NCBI GenBank assembly: GCA_965113315.1
Contig: OZ220372.1
Reading direction: 5' to 3' (one strand)
Source: Podarcis vaucheri
Taxonomy: Eukaryota
Length of the DNA stretch: 64,000 nucleotides
A program made the translations under genes and the position numbers. This document shows positions 26,940 through 39,900 of this stretch, piece after piece (positions within the stretch are counted from its first letter, which is position 1; every line of letters begins with the position of its first letter). Under the pieces are notes generated by a model. The model had not been told where the DNA came from. It saw only the letters and a list, made by a program, of their open reading frames with translations, and ran no database searches.

Positions 26940-29466
26940 CTCTCTGAGCATGCAGACTTCAGGGGAGCAGTACAGCTGGGTTGTAGGACATGGATGGGCT
27001 CTTAAGTAAAGTCGCCTCTTTCTTAAGAGCCCTGCATTTTGACCAGCTTTCATGAAGCTAGAGCCAAGGGCACGTACCAGTGATGTCTTCTGATTCAACC
27101 TCAGGCAAGCTACCACACTTCTCATAGCTATTGGTGGACTAAGGCATGGTCCTTTCCTCAAATGTTCAGTGGTCGTACCAGTTGTATGACTTGTTGGAGG
27201 TTTTCAGGATGGAATGCTGCCTCTGGGTGGGGTTGAGGATTTAGTTCGAAGCCAAGAATCAAAAGCAGTTTGGAAGAACTTACTGGAGAAACCAGGCTTC
27301 CTTCCTGACCTTCAGTCTGCCTTGTTAGAAAGCAATTGTGCTTTTTTTTAACTTGGCAAAAGTTAATTTGGCCATCTTTGGAGATGAGGAGGTGGGAGGA
27401 TGAGTATAGGACTAATGAGGTTTTTGCTTATATGGATGAGGATCCTGTTCCAAGAGCATTTCCCTAACAATGCCATAGTATAGGTGCTTTCTGCCTGGCA
27501 AGAAAGCCAAGCCCAAGTTACGTGCCACAGCTTAGATAATAGCCATCTTCCTTTGGCCTGCTAATTCCTGCATGTAGCCCTTGTTCCACTAAAACTTAAG
27601 AGGCGGCTGTATGCCCTAGCTGTTGTATCTCACCTGACATTGTTGTCTCCGGTACTCATTTGGTTATAAATCAAGACAGCTGCATCGGGGATGATACTCC
27701 TAGCCCCCTTTAATAGCTCTGCTACCTCCTCTTAATAACCCTGCCTAGGAAACCTAGTTGGCTAGAACTTACTTGTTCAAAGTGGTGGCGCTCTGTGAAG
27801 TTTGGGCCTTTGGGAAACAGAAGCACTGGAGCAGATGAGCTGCACTATGCTCCTGTTCTTAGTGCTTATGCTGTTCATGGGTTTCAGTTCAGCTACTCAT
27901 CCCAAGGGTTTTCCTGCACATGAAGTGTAGCTTTCTCTGATCTGGAGGTTGGTGTCATGGGGATGTCTGGTCTTGGCTGTAGGTTAAGGGTTGTGGCTCC
28001 ACTTCCGTTTGGAGAGTTCAGCTGATCTCCGAGAGCATGAGCACTAACCTCCTCTCTGAGGCAAGTGTTTTTGGTGCTGCTTGCCTAAGGAGTTGCATGT
28101 CTTTCATTGCACAGAGGAACTTTCCTGTAGCCATAGTCCCTGCTGCTGTGTGGTTAAGAGAATGGTTAGAAACCACAGTCTTGCCTCTTGATACCTGGTT
28201 TCATTTATAGCTGGTAAAATTTCTGTATATAGCAGTTATAAAACTTGTTTTGTTTTTGGAAAGCAGATGAAGTTATCTACCTGGTTAGGGGGTAGTTACT
28301 TCCCTTTAGCTCCTACTGTGTGGTAAACTGTTGGGGAGCTGGTATTTTAGCCTGTGGTTTGGTGGGAAAGAGGATTTGGTCCTTAGACTACCAGCTTTAG
28401 CCTTATTGCACATGTCACTCAAAGGAAATTGTATTTCTATTAGTCTCTTTCCCTCCCATAGAAAATACGTAGTTAAATGTGTCTGCTGGCACTGCCTTTC
28501 ACCCCAAAGCAGAAGGAAGGAGGGTCCTGTCATTTGACAGGATCCAGGAGCCCCTTCTGTTTCTCTTATATTTTATCAAGTCTACATAACATATCCTAAA
28601 CACCCCCTTTTATGATGAATGGAATTGAAGAGAATATTAGTTATGTGATTAGCCATTATCCTGAAATGGCCAACTGCACGTGAGTCTTATTTCATTCAGT
28701 AAAATATGACTGTTTTGGAAATTAGATTAATGGCTGCTGAAGGTGGCGTATCTCTTGTATACTCTTCAAGACGTACTACTAATATTGTCACTCAGTCTAT
28801 CACTGATTGGGAAGGTTGGATCTAGACCTGGGATTGTTCACAGTATAGAAAAGCAGAATAAGCCAACTTATTGTGGGGAGAGGATCTGGTTCAGTGGTAT
28901 CATCTTACCTGTTTTCAGACTAAGAGCAGTTAATGAGTTTAGACTGGAAAGTACTTGTTGGCCAGATCAGGGCTGCTTTAGCAGCAGCAGTGGGTTTGTG
29001 CTGAAAGTGCTATCCACAACAGCTGCCTGGTTTTGAAAGGGTAAACATGTCTAGTGTAAAATTATGAAGAAAAGTGCTATGGGTTAAGCCCATTTTAGGA
29101 ATACTACTCTTTTGTGGAACGAGAAAGTGACTGGTATTAAGATGGGTTTTTTGCCAGTGTCTAAAAACACATGGCTTATAAAATAAGTTCCCTAAATTCT
29201 CCTTTTATATCCCCAAAGTAAAACAAGAGTCTAAGGGTCTTCCTTTGGTTTGAATGTACGCACTCTTCTGCTGATAACCACTGCTTGTATTTGATTAGCA
29301 CGCACACTTATTCCACTATGCATCAATGAAAGGGGTTATCAGCACCCGCAAGAGGCTTACGCAGTGCTATAGTATTGGACCTGGAGTGAACATGCAACTG
29401 GAAAAGGGTATGGAATGAATATTATGGATAAATCAAATTATTTTTTCAGTTATTTGAAAAATCCAT

Positions 29467-29475
29467 TTTATTAAA
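29467..29475. terminator. Overlapping poly(A) signals: AATAAA on - (SGSM3) and ATTAAA on + (MRTFA)
   Basis: TTTATTAAA between the two convergent stop codons; GT-rich tract follows on +. Confidence 0.6.
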
Positions 29476-30853
29476 AAAAAATTGTGTTGTAACATCTTTG
29501 TACATCTCATCTTTGGTCATGGCATAATGGATACTGATACGTGCCATGGTGAAAAGATAGCAAAGGCATTCAACATTTGTGGAGGGATGAAGAGCCATTT
29601 CACACTATTGTGACAGTTTCTCCTTCCTAGAAACAGCACCTTGAAAGAAGTGTGGCAAATTATCCAGTAGTAGAACAGAATGCAACTATGGGGAAAGGGG
29701 CTTGCAATCTATTTTCATCCAGGTCACAGTCAGTATATTCTAGCTGACCAGACTGTAACAGTACTATTCACTGAATAAGAAACACAATATTTCAAGGCTG
29801 ATTTACTTAACATTCAAATCCTAGAATCATTCGCAGAAGTGTCAATTTTTCCTTCCAACTACTAATACTTCCACATAACTCAGGAGAACAGAAATAAGGC
29901 TAAAGGCATCTGAAAAGCAGTCCTACTTCCCTATTACTGTCTTAGTCACAAGATGTGCAATTTACTTAGAAACCAAAATGACAAGTGATTGTGCTCCTGT
30001 CTTGCAGCCTCTACCATCATCATCAGTGTAGGTTGCAGTTGACTCCCTGAGCCATCTCGGTCCTGAATCCATTTCCTGCTAAGCTACATCAAAATATACA
30101 GAGATTTCTGGATACATTTTACATCTTTTGGTAATCTCTCTCTTTTTTACAAAGTTCCAGGCTAAAATGAACCGATGCTGTTCAGCTAAGAGCCAGAATT
30201 AAAGGCTAGGCTCCTGCTGCTCCACCCAAGGCAGTTTTAAACCAGCTAGCCATTTTAGGCACTTTGGGAAAACTAGTCATGAATCACAGTTTCTCTTTCA
30301 GACACACACTAATAAGGGGTGTTTCACATGTTAGCGTATGTAAGAACCATCATGAATAAAGTGAGCCTTGGAGGAACTTGGAATCTGTTGGTCTCCTCTC
30401 CCTGCCATAAATGAATCTTAACAGCTAGACTGGTTAACCTTGGGGGAATCCACTCTTGCTGTACACCACACCTAGACAACTTTCTGTCTAACATTACTGT
30501 CTTCCCTCTTGCCCAGACCAGCAGGCCTTGAACAGGCTTGCTATCCAAGGGGCACAGACTCCTGAGTGGTACATTACTTCCATAATAAGCACATGCTCTG
30601 CACAATCAAGTTAGTGACACCATGGGAGAGGGAAGCTAGACAGCCACAGTTTCAAACAATGCAGCACAACCCCTGCTCTCTTCAATATGCTACTGCCCAC
30701 CTGTTAAGCAAACTGATACCAGTCCACAAGAGAACTCTTGACAAGCAAAGACTGTTGGTGAGAGGGACAGACTGAAGGGGGAACAGGCTGCGAGGGAGGA
30801 GAATATGCCAATGGTTTGATGTCATCCAAGAAGTCCAAACTGAGGCCAAAGAA

Positions 30854-30934
30854 TCATCCATCTATGTCCCAGCTAAAGAGATGGTGCTTCACAAGCATGT
30901 CCTGGACTCCTTCCTTCAGTGGTTTCTTCTTCTC
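30854..30934 (-). CDS. SGSM3: SGSM3 last coding exon
   Basis: ttttag|GAGAAG...GGATGA; [26 protein letters not shown]. Confidence 0.95.
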   Translation of the reverse strand, partial: EKKKPLKEGVQDMLVKHHLFSWDIDG

Positions 30935-33900
30935 CTAAAAAAGGAAGGCAAAGGGGTTTTTTCCACATACATTGTCGCTAATATGTATGTACCGTGTGTG
31001 TGTGCTTCAGGGCCCACCACCATACCATCCCGGAAAACAAAAGGGTCCAGGCTGGGGCAAAGATTAGCCTGCTGTACCTCAGCCCCCTATGGAAATATAA
31101 GAGAGAACACCGTCTAACCCTAAACTGGGGTTGATGCAAATGCATGGGCTGTTGATTGACTAAAGGGACACATGCTTACCTCTCTTTTTACAGGGAGTTC
31201 CCAATCCTGAGAAAGGCTGAATGCAAATTTACTGAGGACTCTGCAACAGAACATAATCAACCATTAAGAGAGCTTAAAAGGAGGGCTATGCAAACACTAT
31301 AGGCAAAGTAATCAAACTGAAACCCACATTAAGTTCTGACACATTTATTTCATTCTGTTCTTACAGTTAAAAATTGTGCTTGTTCCATAAACAAGAACTG
31401 CAAAACATTGTATCTGTCTACTGCCACAAATCAAGTCTTCAAGTCATTTGACATTGTAAAGAAGTGAAGAAGCAAGAAAGAAAACAGGCGTGGGAGCTGG
31501 GTGGTGTTTTTTAAAAGTGGCTCTTTAAAAAACACTTGAGGAAAATCTAGACCTGAATTGTTTAGTCACCTCACATTTAACACAGCTGATGTGAAATATA
31601 TACTGCCACATCTATTTAAGAGACAATACTTCATTTTAAAAAGAGGATTCCCAGCATCCTTACTTAGAGCACTTAGCAGTGCCACGGTCACAATTGACGG
31701 CTGTGTAAGAACATAGGAGACAAGTTGTATGATTTACCTAACAGAATAAGCATGCTTCCAGGTCTAACTGTCCTTATGAAATACAAAACTCAGGTACTTC
31801 AGTAATCAATACATTTTCTCCTAGTTTTGCTGCACACAGACTAACTCCTTTGTAGTTTGCTTTCTACTCGGCTCTACTACAGCTGAAGCGCAAGTGTACC
31901 CGTTCCCCTGTGTTTATGTCTTCTCATTCATGATCATCTAAGGCAAAAAGCCTTCCCAATGTAGAAACTCTGAGCAGTTCCCTCTTAGTAGTTGTCCACA
32001 CTTCTGCTTGCCCCACTAGTTTCCCCTGGGAAAATCGCATTTGCCGCTGCAGATTGACCCAATCCAGCAGCAAACAGGGATTGGGAAAGTGTCGGGGCAA
32101 GCAGAAGGGTGGATGAGCCCTTATTTTACTCTTCCATGAGCCAGCCTGGCTGATGCATCTTCATGTGAGCTGTGACAACTGGTTATTTTCTATTTTTCTG
32201 GAGATGCTGGCTGTGGCAACCAAGGAGGTTTGGTGGTGTATGATGGCAAGGGCGGGGGGGAATCAAATCCTATTCTGCTAGGATAATGACTGATGAGCTT
32301 ATCACAATGTACTGCCATTAGCCTTGCTCAGACCTATTCCTCCCAAGGAGGCTAAGATTGGGCAATGAAAGCAATTAGCATACCCTCTCTACCTGTATGA
32401 CATAGCCAAGTATGATTTCATTCACTTACATAAGGCTGCAGCTACCAGGAGATGGAGTTGGGCAGTAAAATAAAGTGGGGAAAAGGAGGTTCCACCCACC
32501 TGAGCTCACACTTGATCTGCACCCAGCCAGGACTGCGCAAGAATGACCAGAGATGGAACCATTTCTCCACAGTCTGCAGGCTAGAGCACAACACCTCAAG
32601 CCACAAATGCAGCACCTGCTCACTGGAAAACAAGGCACAGGGAAAGTTACTAGCACACACACATGTTCCATTGCCACTGCATAAGGAAACTCAGGGAAAA
32701 TAAAAGGTGGAAGACCTTGTGGCTCGGAAGCAGTAGAGCAGATCACACCCTAGGCTGACAGCTCACAGCCCCTGCTGATGAAGCCCAATCTAAGCCACCC
32801 ATTAGGCTCCTGTTCTCTGCTAGCAAAAGCAGCCTTGTATGAAAAAGAACTGGAAGACTCACTTCAGTCCAATGCAGATAAGAGAACGAAGCTTCACATC
32901 CATCTGGGCATGTACTGCATCATGGGACATGTTGACAGACTGCACCGCCTGCAAAGGGGGAAAAGGGAGTTATATGGATTCTTACTCAGCAGCCTTTCTC
33001 TCCTGGGAGCCAAAAAGCTCAAACTGCATGCAGAACGTATTCTAACCAAAGCATTTGGGCTTTAGAGGCAATGAGAGTGAAAGGACTCTAGATTGCCACC
33101 TGCTGGAAGACACAGCCCTCTGGTCTCATCACAGGTCCCCATCATTAGACCCTGAAAACAGACTGTCCCATCATAAAGACACCTTCGTGACATCACCACA
33201 TACAATTAAAACACTAGAACATCTTACCCGATAAAGCAGCTCCTCTGGAGTTAGCACTTTCCCATCTTCATCCAACCTAGAACAGTAAATTAACAGATCC
33301 AGCTGATACCAAACAAGCGAGGGTCAGACGTTTGCCCTACCCAGTGCCACACACAGGATAGAAGCAACAGTTCCTTTCAAAGAAGATTCTCAGTAGTCCT
33401 TGCAAATTTCAACACAGGCCACTTGGCTAGGAACTTACACCACTAAAAGCTTGTAGCCCTCTGAAGAAAGCCTCATTTGGCAAGTAATCCCTGCAGCAGA
33501 CACTGGCTAGCCCATCCTACATCAATAACCTGGCCTATAACCACCACCACTGAATTATTTATATGCCACCCATCTGACTGGGATGCCTCAGTCACTCTGG
33601 GTGGCTCCCAACAAAATAATAAAAACACAATAAAACATTGACTGTGGAAAACTTCCCTGAACCTTAGGTCTTCTAAATGTCAAACAGTTGTTTATCTGTT
33701 TGACAAGGCAGTATGTGAAAACATTACAAGAAAAGTAAGTATCAGAAGGAAGGGTACATGACGGACAGGGAACATCTAATTCACTAGACTGATGAGAGAA
33801 ACATTTACCTGTAGGTCTTGCAGAGCACAAGACGAGAATACACAGAGTCAAAGTCACGCTCCACTTCTCGCCCAGCAGCCTAGATAGAGAAGAGCACACA

Positions 33901-36900
33901 AGCACAGTTATTGATATGGCTGTCTCTTATTGTGTCCGTCCCCGTCCCCCCCGCAATTACTACACTCTCCCAGAAGCCTCTGTACTTGCCAGCTGCACAG
34001 AGGTCTCATGTACTTGCCATACTATTTCTAAAGACCCTGCAGACACCAAGTGCCTCTCTTACCTCTTCAATGAAGAGCCAGGGGTGGCAGGGCCCCCCCA
34101 GCAGAGATGGCCTCTTCAGCCCATGTTCAAATATGGCTTTGAGGGCTGGGCAGAGTGTCCCTCGAACCAAGTCCGTCACACCTTCAGTGACAGAGTCATC
34201 TCCAGCAATGGAATACTTGGAGAAACAAGAGCACAGCCTCCATTAATGGATGAGAAGCCACAGCAAACAGAAAGGCACATATGGTAGATCTTTACGATAC
34301 TATTTGTGAATGCTGTTTCATATGCCCGTCCCGCTATTTCATAGGAGGATGCCCAGGCAACCGCAAAGTCCATATGACAAAATAGTTTAATAAGCTCACA
34401 GTTGGCATTACCAAGCTCCTCCAGTCACCTGGCTAGCAAGTATATGAATGAAGCTGTTAGACTATCCCCATTGCTAAACTTTTCACTGCCCCTCCCAACT
34501 GGTTGCTGGCAAATCTGGTTTTATCTTCAGTCGTCCCAAATATAAATTATTGGCTTTGCCACGGATTTATTGAGTCAGCTTGGATTTGTCACCTTATTCC
34601 TATATGGTCTACCTCTCCCACTGGGGTAGGGGAATAACGGTATCTCCTATTTCCCAAATCTGAAACATACAGTGCACAAAGCTTGCACAGAATGAGATTA
34701 TATTCAATGGTTTTGTGTTCCGGTAACCCAGACTGTCATTGGGTGACTAAGAGATATGCCCTTTTCCAGCATGTGATTCCCACTCACCCAGACCCAAACT
34801 CTGCTTCTCAGCGTCTGTTTCCCCACCATGTCCTTTACAAGGATCCAGAGAACAGTAGACACTAATGGCAGGAAGCAGGACCATAAATTTAATATGGAAA
34901 CTTTACCTCTTTGCTCCGTTCATCCAGAACTTCCACAAACTTTGCAGGAAACCAACCTATAAAGAGCAGGGAAATATCAGGATAGCAATCTAGTCTTGGT
35001 ATCAGCCTGTATATAAGCAAACAGTATTTGTGGCACAGGCTGTGAAGGTAGCTTCCCCCCCCCCAATAGATTTAATATTATTGTTTGGGGGTGGGCAGAG
35101 ATTCCCGCCTCACAAATCCCATTTGCACTTACCTCTCAGGCCATTCAGCTCTCCCACCCAACAGTGCTCATCCTTCTGAGAGATGATCTGCAGCAATTGA
35201 AAGGAGGGAAAGAGATTTGATCATACGGAGGAAAAAGAGGAGCAGCAAGCAATGTATGGGAGCAAATGTGGAATCTGAGCTGAGATGCCCACGTAGTGGA
35301 AGTTGCCCCCAATTATTTTTAGTGTGTACTGCAGAAAAAACCAAACTTCACTCTGTTTGTTGTTCCTTATTCATATAATGTCTGATTTCTCCACCCCCCT
35401 ACATGATGCTACCATTCTGTTGGTCCCGACCATCGTACCGTGATGATATCATTCTTACGGAAGCCCAGTTCATCATCATCATGGCGCTCAAAATCCAGCA
35501 ATGCCTTGGCCCGTCGCCGATGGTTCCGGCAACAAGCCACATAGCTTTCATGGTCCCGCTGGTGGCTTTCCATGGTGTAATCAGGAGTCAAATCCTGGTT
35601 GGGGGACAAACAAGAGTAATCTGAATTCATGCCAAGCAGAAGGCAGAGACTAACAAGGGATGAGGACATTCTTCCAGTTTTGTATCTTCCCATATCCCCT
35701 CATGAGACAAGTTCTCACCCAACACTGCACAAGCCCCCTTCTTCAGTAAATTGGGTACAGTGGTAACCATCTCAGTAGCAGGAAGCATCGGTTTTCTTGT
35801 GGGAGATCCCCTACTCACTATGCTGCAGCTCTTGGGATCCACACACTGAAAATGCCGTGCCACTTGCAGGATGGCCTCGCGCAACTCTGCAACCAGCTCC
35901 GTCTGCTTAATGTTCTTGGCCTTCAGTGCCTCCATGTCATCTTCCCCTGGAAGGAAGGCAGAAACAAAGGAAGGATAAGGAAATCACTCAAACAGAGCAA
36001 GGCGGCAACCCAGTCAGATGGGTGGGGTATAAGAAGTAAAGCATCATCATCATCCTCTTAGTCTTCCCCTCTTCATCTGAAGCATCTGCTATTTGGAAAC
36101 ATGCTGCTTCTGCTGAGTTTCCATTTTGTTCTCATAGCAAAAAGACAGACTTCCCTTCTTCTATTTAATTGTCTAAAGTTGGCCAACCTGTGGCCAATGC
36201 TGATGTCTGGACTACAAAGCCCATACTCCTTAGCCACTGGTCATGCTACCACAGGTTAGAAATCCTTGGTCTAAACAAAGGAGCAAATAAGACCATTGCT
36301 ATTGCCCTTCTAATATAACGAGAGAGGATGAATTTTCTTCCATCATTTTATGTCTCAATCACATCCACTTTCCCACTAGTCATATTTCCCCCCTAAAGTC
36401 TTATACTTTTAGTTGCCTTTCTGCACGATATTTCTTTTAAGACAGGGCAACAGAACTCTACACACTATTCTACATAAGGGTGTTCCAAGGAGTTATGGGC
36501 AATGTAATACTTGCTGCTTTATTTTCACCCATACCTAGTTCCTAACAATTGTGTTTTTCCTCTTACTTTTTAGTGCCGCTCTATTCCTGAACTGATGTTA
36601 ACTACAACAGCTCTTTTAAAAAATCCATTCTGTGTTCCACATGAAGACATGAAACGAGAAAGACTGGAGACGTGCCTTATGCCCCATCTCAAAGCCCCAT
36701 AAATATGTTTTATAACCAGCCTCTTGGCAGAAAAGAGAGAGACTGAAGCCTAGTTCAGTTTCTCAGGCCTCCTCAAAAGCTACATAAAAAAAACCTAAGA
36801 GTGTGCTTAAGCTAGAATAAAATAAGGGCACACCTACAGTGTAAACTTAAAACTAAGTTAACTGCCTTGAGCTCCCTACAAAGCAACTTCATTGAGGGAT

Positions 36901-39900
36901 TTAAAGGCTTATAAACCTCATGGCACAGTTACACAGATTAAAAAACAGGTTTGTTTCTGCAGAGCGGATTGCCCAGGGACAGACCTTTATTAGTGAATAG
37001 TTTCTAAAGTAGTGCAGCCTTTCAGAAGTGATCAATAAGTAAGGAGGACAGTTATCTCCTCGTAAATACTACTTGTGTGTCTCATATTACTTTCTTTCTC
37101 TGGACCTTTAAAGAGGACAAAGAGCACGGGCTTCACCTGGGGTTCCAACACAGCCACTGAAGAGGAACCCTCCTGCGTACAGCAGAATAAACAGCTTGTG
37201 CACGACTCCCAAGAGGTTAATTTTTAAAAAGATGAATCTAGGCAGCAGACAGAAGTGTCTCCTTACTTACCCTGAAGGCAAACAGAGTGCTTAGTACAGT
37301 GTACAATAGCGCAAGGACAATCTATGGCCATGTTTGCACTAAATCATAATTTAGCACAATGTGCACAAGCTGGAACAAACCTGAATGTGCCTCAGACTCC
37401 TGTGCTCCTTTTCCCACCCTCAGCCACTTATTCTGCATCAGGGTGGGGGGGTGGGGAGGAAGGAAGCTTGAGGATTTATTTGGCTCATTCCATTACACAT
37501 CCAAGTACACTATAAATAAATAAAATATGGTTGAGTGTGAAGTGCCAACACACAGCCAATCTTGCAGACACCCACTATGTTTTGCCCTCTACATTTACCA
37601 TGTTTGCTCTTTCAACTGTTCCAACCTGTGCAGGGCAACAATAATATGCTCATGCATTTCTCCTTACCAAAAAGCAGAGAGGTGATGCCAGACTTCCTGC
37701 GCTGCGTCCTGCGTCGCACAATCTGAGAGAGACAGAAGACCAAGACTTATTAAAGAGAGAATATAATAAAAACGCTATAGTGACATTACGTTCAGTATGG
37801 TAAAACAGATCTTGTGGGTCACATCAAACATACATACATATATACATACATACGTACGTACGTACGTACATATTTTTATTTCTATGCCACCTTCCCACAG
37901 TTCAAATCATGCTCAAGGCAGCTTACAACACAAAAATAATACATGACTGCAACATAATGAAAGTAGTCATAAACAATAAATAAAACATCAAAGAATATGC
38001 AACCAAACGGAACAATTTCTACATAAATAACAAGATCTAAAATAAAGATACAAAAAGCCAACAGCAACAACCTCCCCCTCAAACAACATGCCAGCCCAAG
38101 GAGGATAGAAAAAGAGAAGTATGGGGGATCAGAAAAGCTATACTGGGCGTAGCAGGAAGTCTGGCAGCACGTCTTCAATAATACATCCAAGACTGACTCA
38201 ACATCACTACCATTACCTATGAACAACAAAGGCAACAGAAGCCAAGCCTGAGAAAGGAAATATTTTTTAACTTGTGATTCCTAAGAGCTTTAGAAACAAA
38301 CCTTTGATAAGTTGACAGAAGCCCCTGCATTGAGCAGCTGCCCTTGGTCCGCAATGAGGTAAGCCAGGTGCTTGCACCGCTGAGTCTCCACGGCCACGTC
38401 CGTCAGGGAACCAGCGACACGCATGGCTTCCTGCAGGAGCACGTCTGGATCTTCAATTTGAGAGGGGATGTCCGAGAGTGTGTTGAAAATGGAGGCAGAG
38501 TTCTCTGACTGAATCAACTCATCTTCCTGCGTTAACGGGAACAAGGCATTCTGCATGTCATGCTCTGGAATACCCTTGCAATTCTCACTGCCCCATTATC
38601 TGCATCTAACTCTATTCCCATGATGAAAGTTTGCACGGTGAATGCAGGACAACAATCAGTGCATGCTTCCGTTAATCTCCCTTTGCACCCAATTATTTTC
38701 CTATAAAGGAATTCCTTAATGCTACACTGAATTTCAGCCACACATCAATTTGCCCAACACAGAACCAGAAGAGCAGAGGTTATTTCTCAAAGTGTTTCTT
38801 GAAACAGATCATTGTCAACAATCCCAGTCTATATAGTAGTTTGCTGACATTATTCAGTAGACAAAAACGCAGCAAAGGCAACAGCGAGTGGCAAAAGGAG
38901 TTACTGCACACCCAGATTTCGAAAGAACGATATATGGCATTTTTTTGTTTTTCTTTCCTTACACACACCTCTCATAAAGGATTCCCCAAATACCTAAGAT
39001 GGGGGTGGGGAATCGGGAGAGCAGTCCCTGTATATAAAAACTCATTCCATGAGGGGAAAGCGGAGGAGTGTTGGTTACCTTCATGCTGAGCATGCCCAGT
39101 GTGACCTGGAAGAGAACTATGGAGCCCTGGTAGAAAAAGAGGTCCCAAATTCGTAGCAACAGCTTGATATGCACAACACTAGCAAATGATGTGAGGAACC
39201 AGTGCAGGGTGATCAAGGAGAGCTCTGTGAATGGAGACAGTAAAGAAGGTGTATCATTCTAGCTTACCAGTCACCCACACGAGGAAGAATCCACCCTACT
39301 CCTGCCCTCCATAGAATCACTTTCCACTTCCAACATAAAACAGAGAACACTCACATCTATTCCAAATAATCTACCCATGTCAGTGCAGGCAATTACAGCT
39401 CCCTTCTCAGTCCTTTTCACTATGTCAAGCCAGAGCCAAATAAACAATGATCAGTAAACCAAGGACGAAACTTGCCTACAGATTGTGGTTTGCTTGGAGC
39501 AAAACAACCTAGTTCCTAGTTCAGACAGAATACTAAGCAAAGGACTGTGGTTTGCTTGCTACTAGTATGCAGGAAAAGTGGCCCAAATAGGCACATTTAC
39601 AGCAAGCCATTAACTATAGCTTACCATAACAAGCAAATAACAAGCAAATGAGGCCACTGATAGTATTTCTGCTTGAAACAAGAATTTTCAAATAGCACAA
39701 GAGATTATGTGCACACAAGCATATATTTCCTTCCATTTCAACCCAAATACCAAGCTAAATTGACTCATGCTCAAAAGCATGTTTGACTCATTTGCACTAC
39801 TAAATTCCCTTAGCAGCCACACGCACAGTGTGTTAACAATATGGCTCACAGAAGAGAGTTGGACCCTGAAGCTCAAAACCTTCAGCTGCCCAAGGGAGGC

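Noticed and set aside
29090-38709. CArG boxes (about 29090, 30250, 38700) as SRF/MRTF autoregulatory sites
   Set aside because: The number seen is compatible with chance in AT-rich DNA; no clustering or other support.
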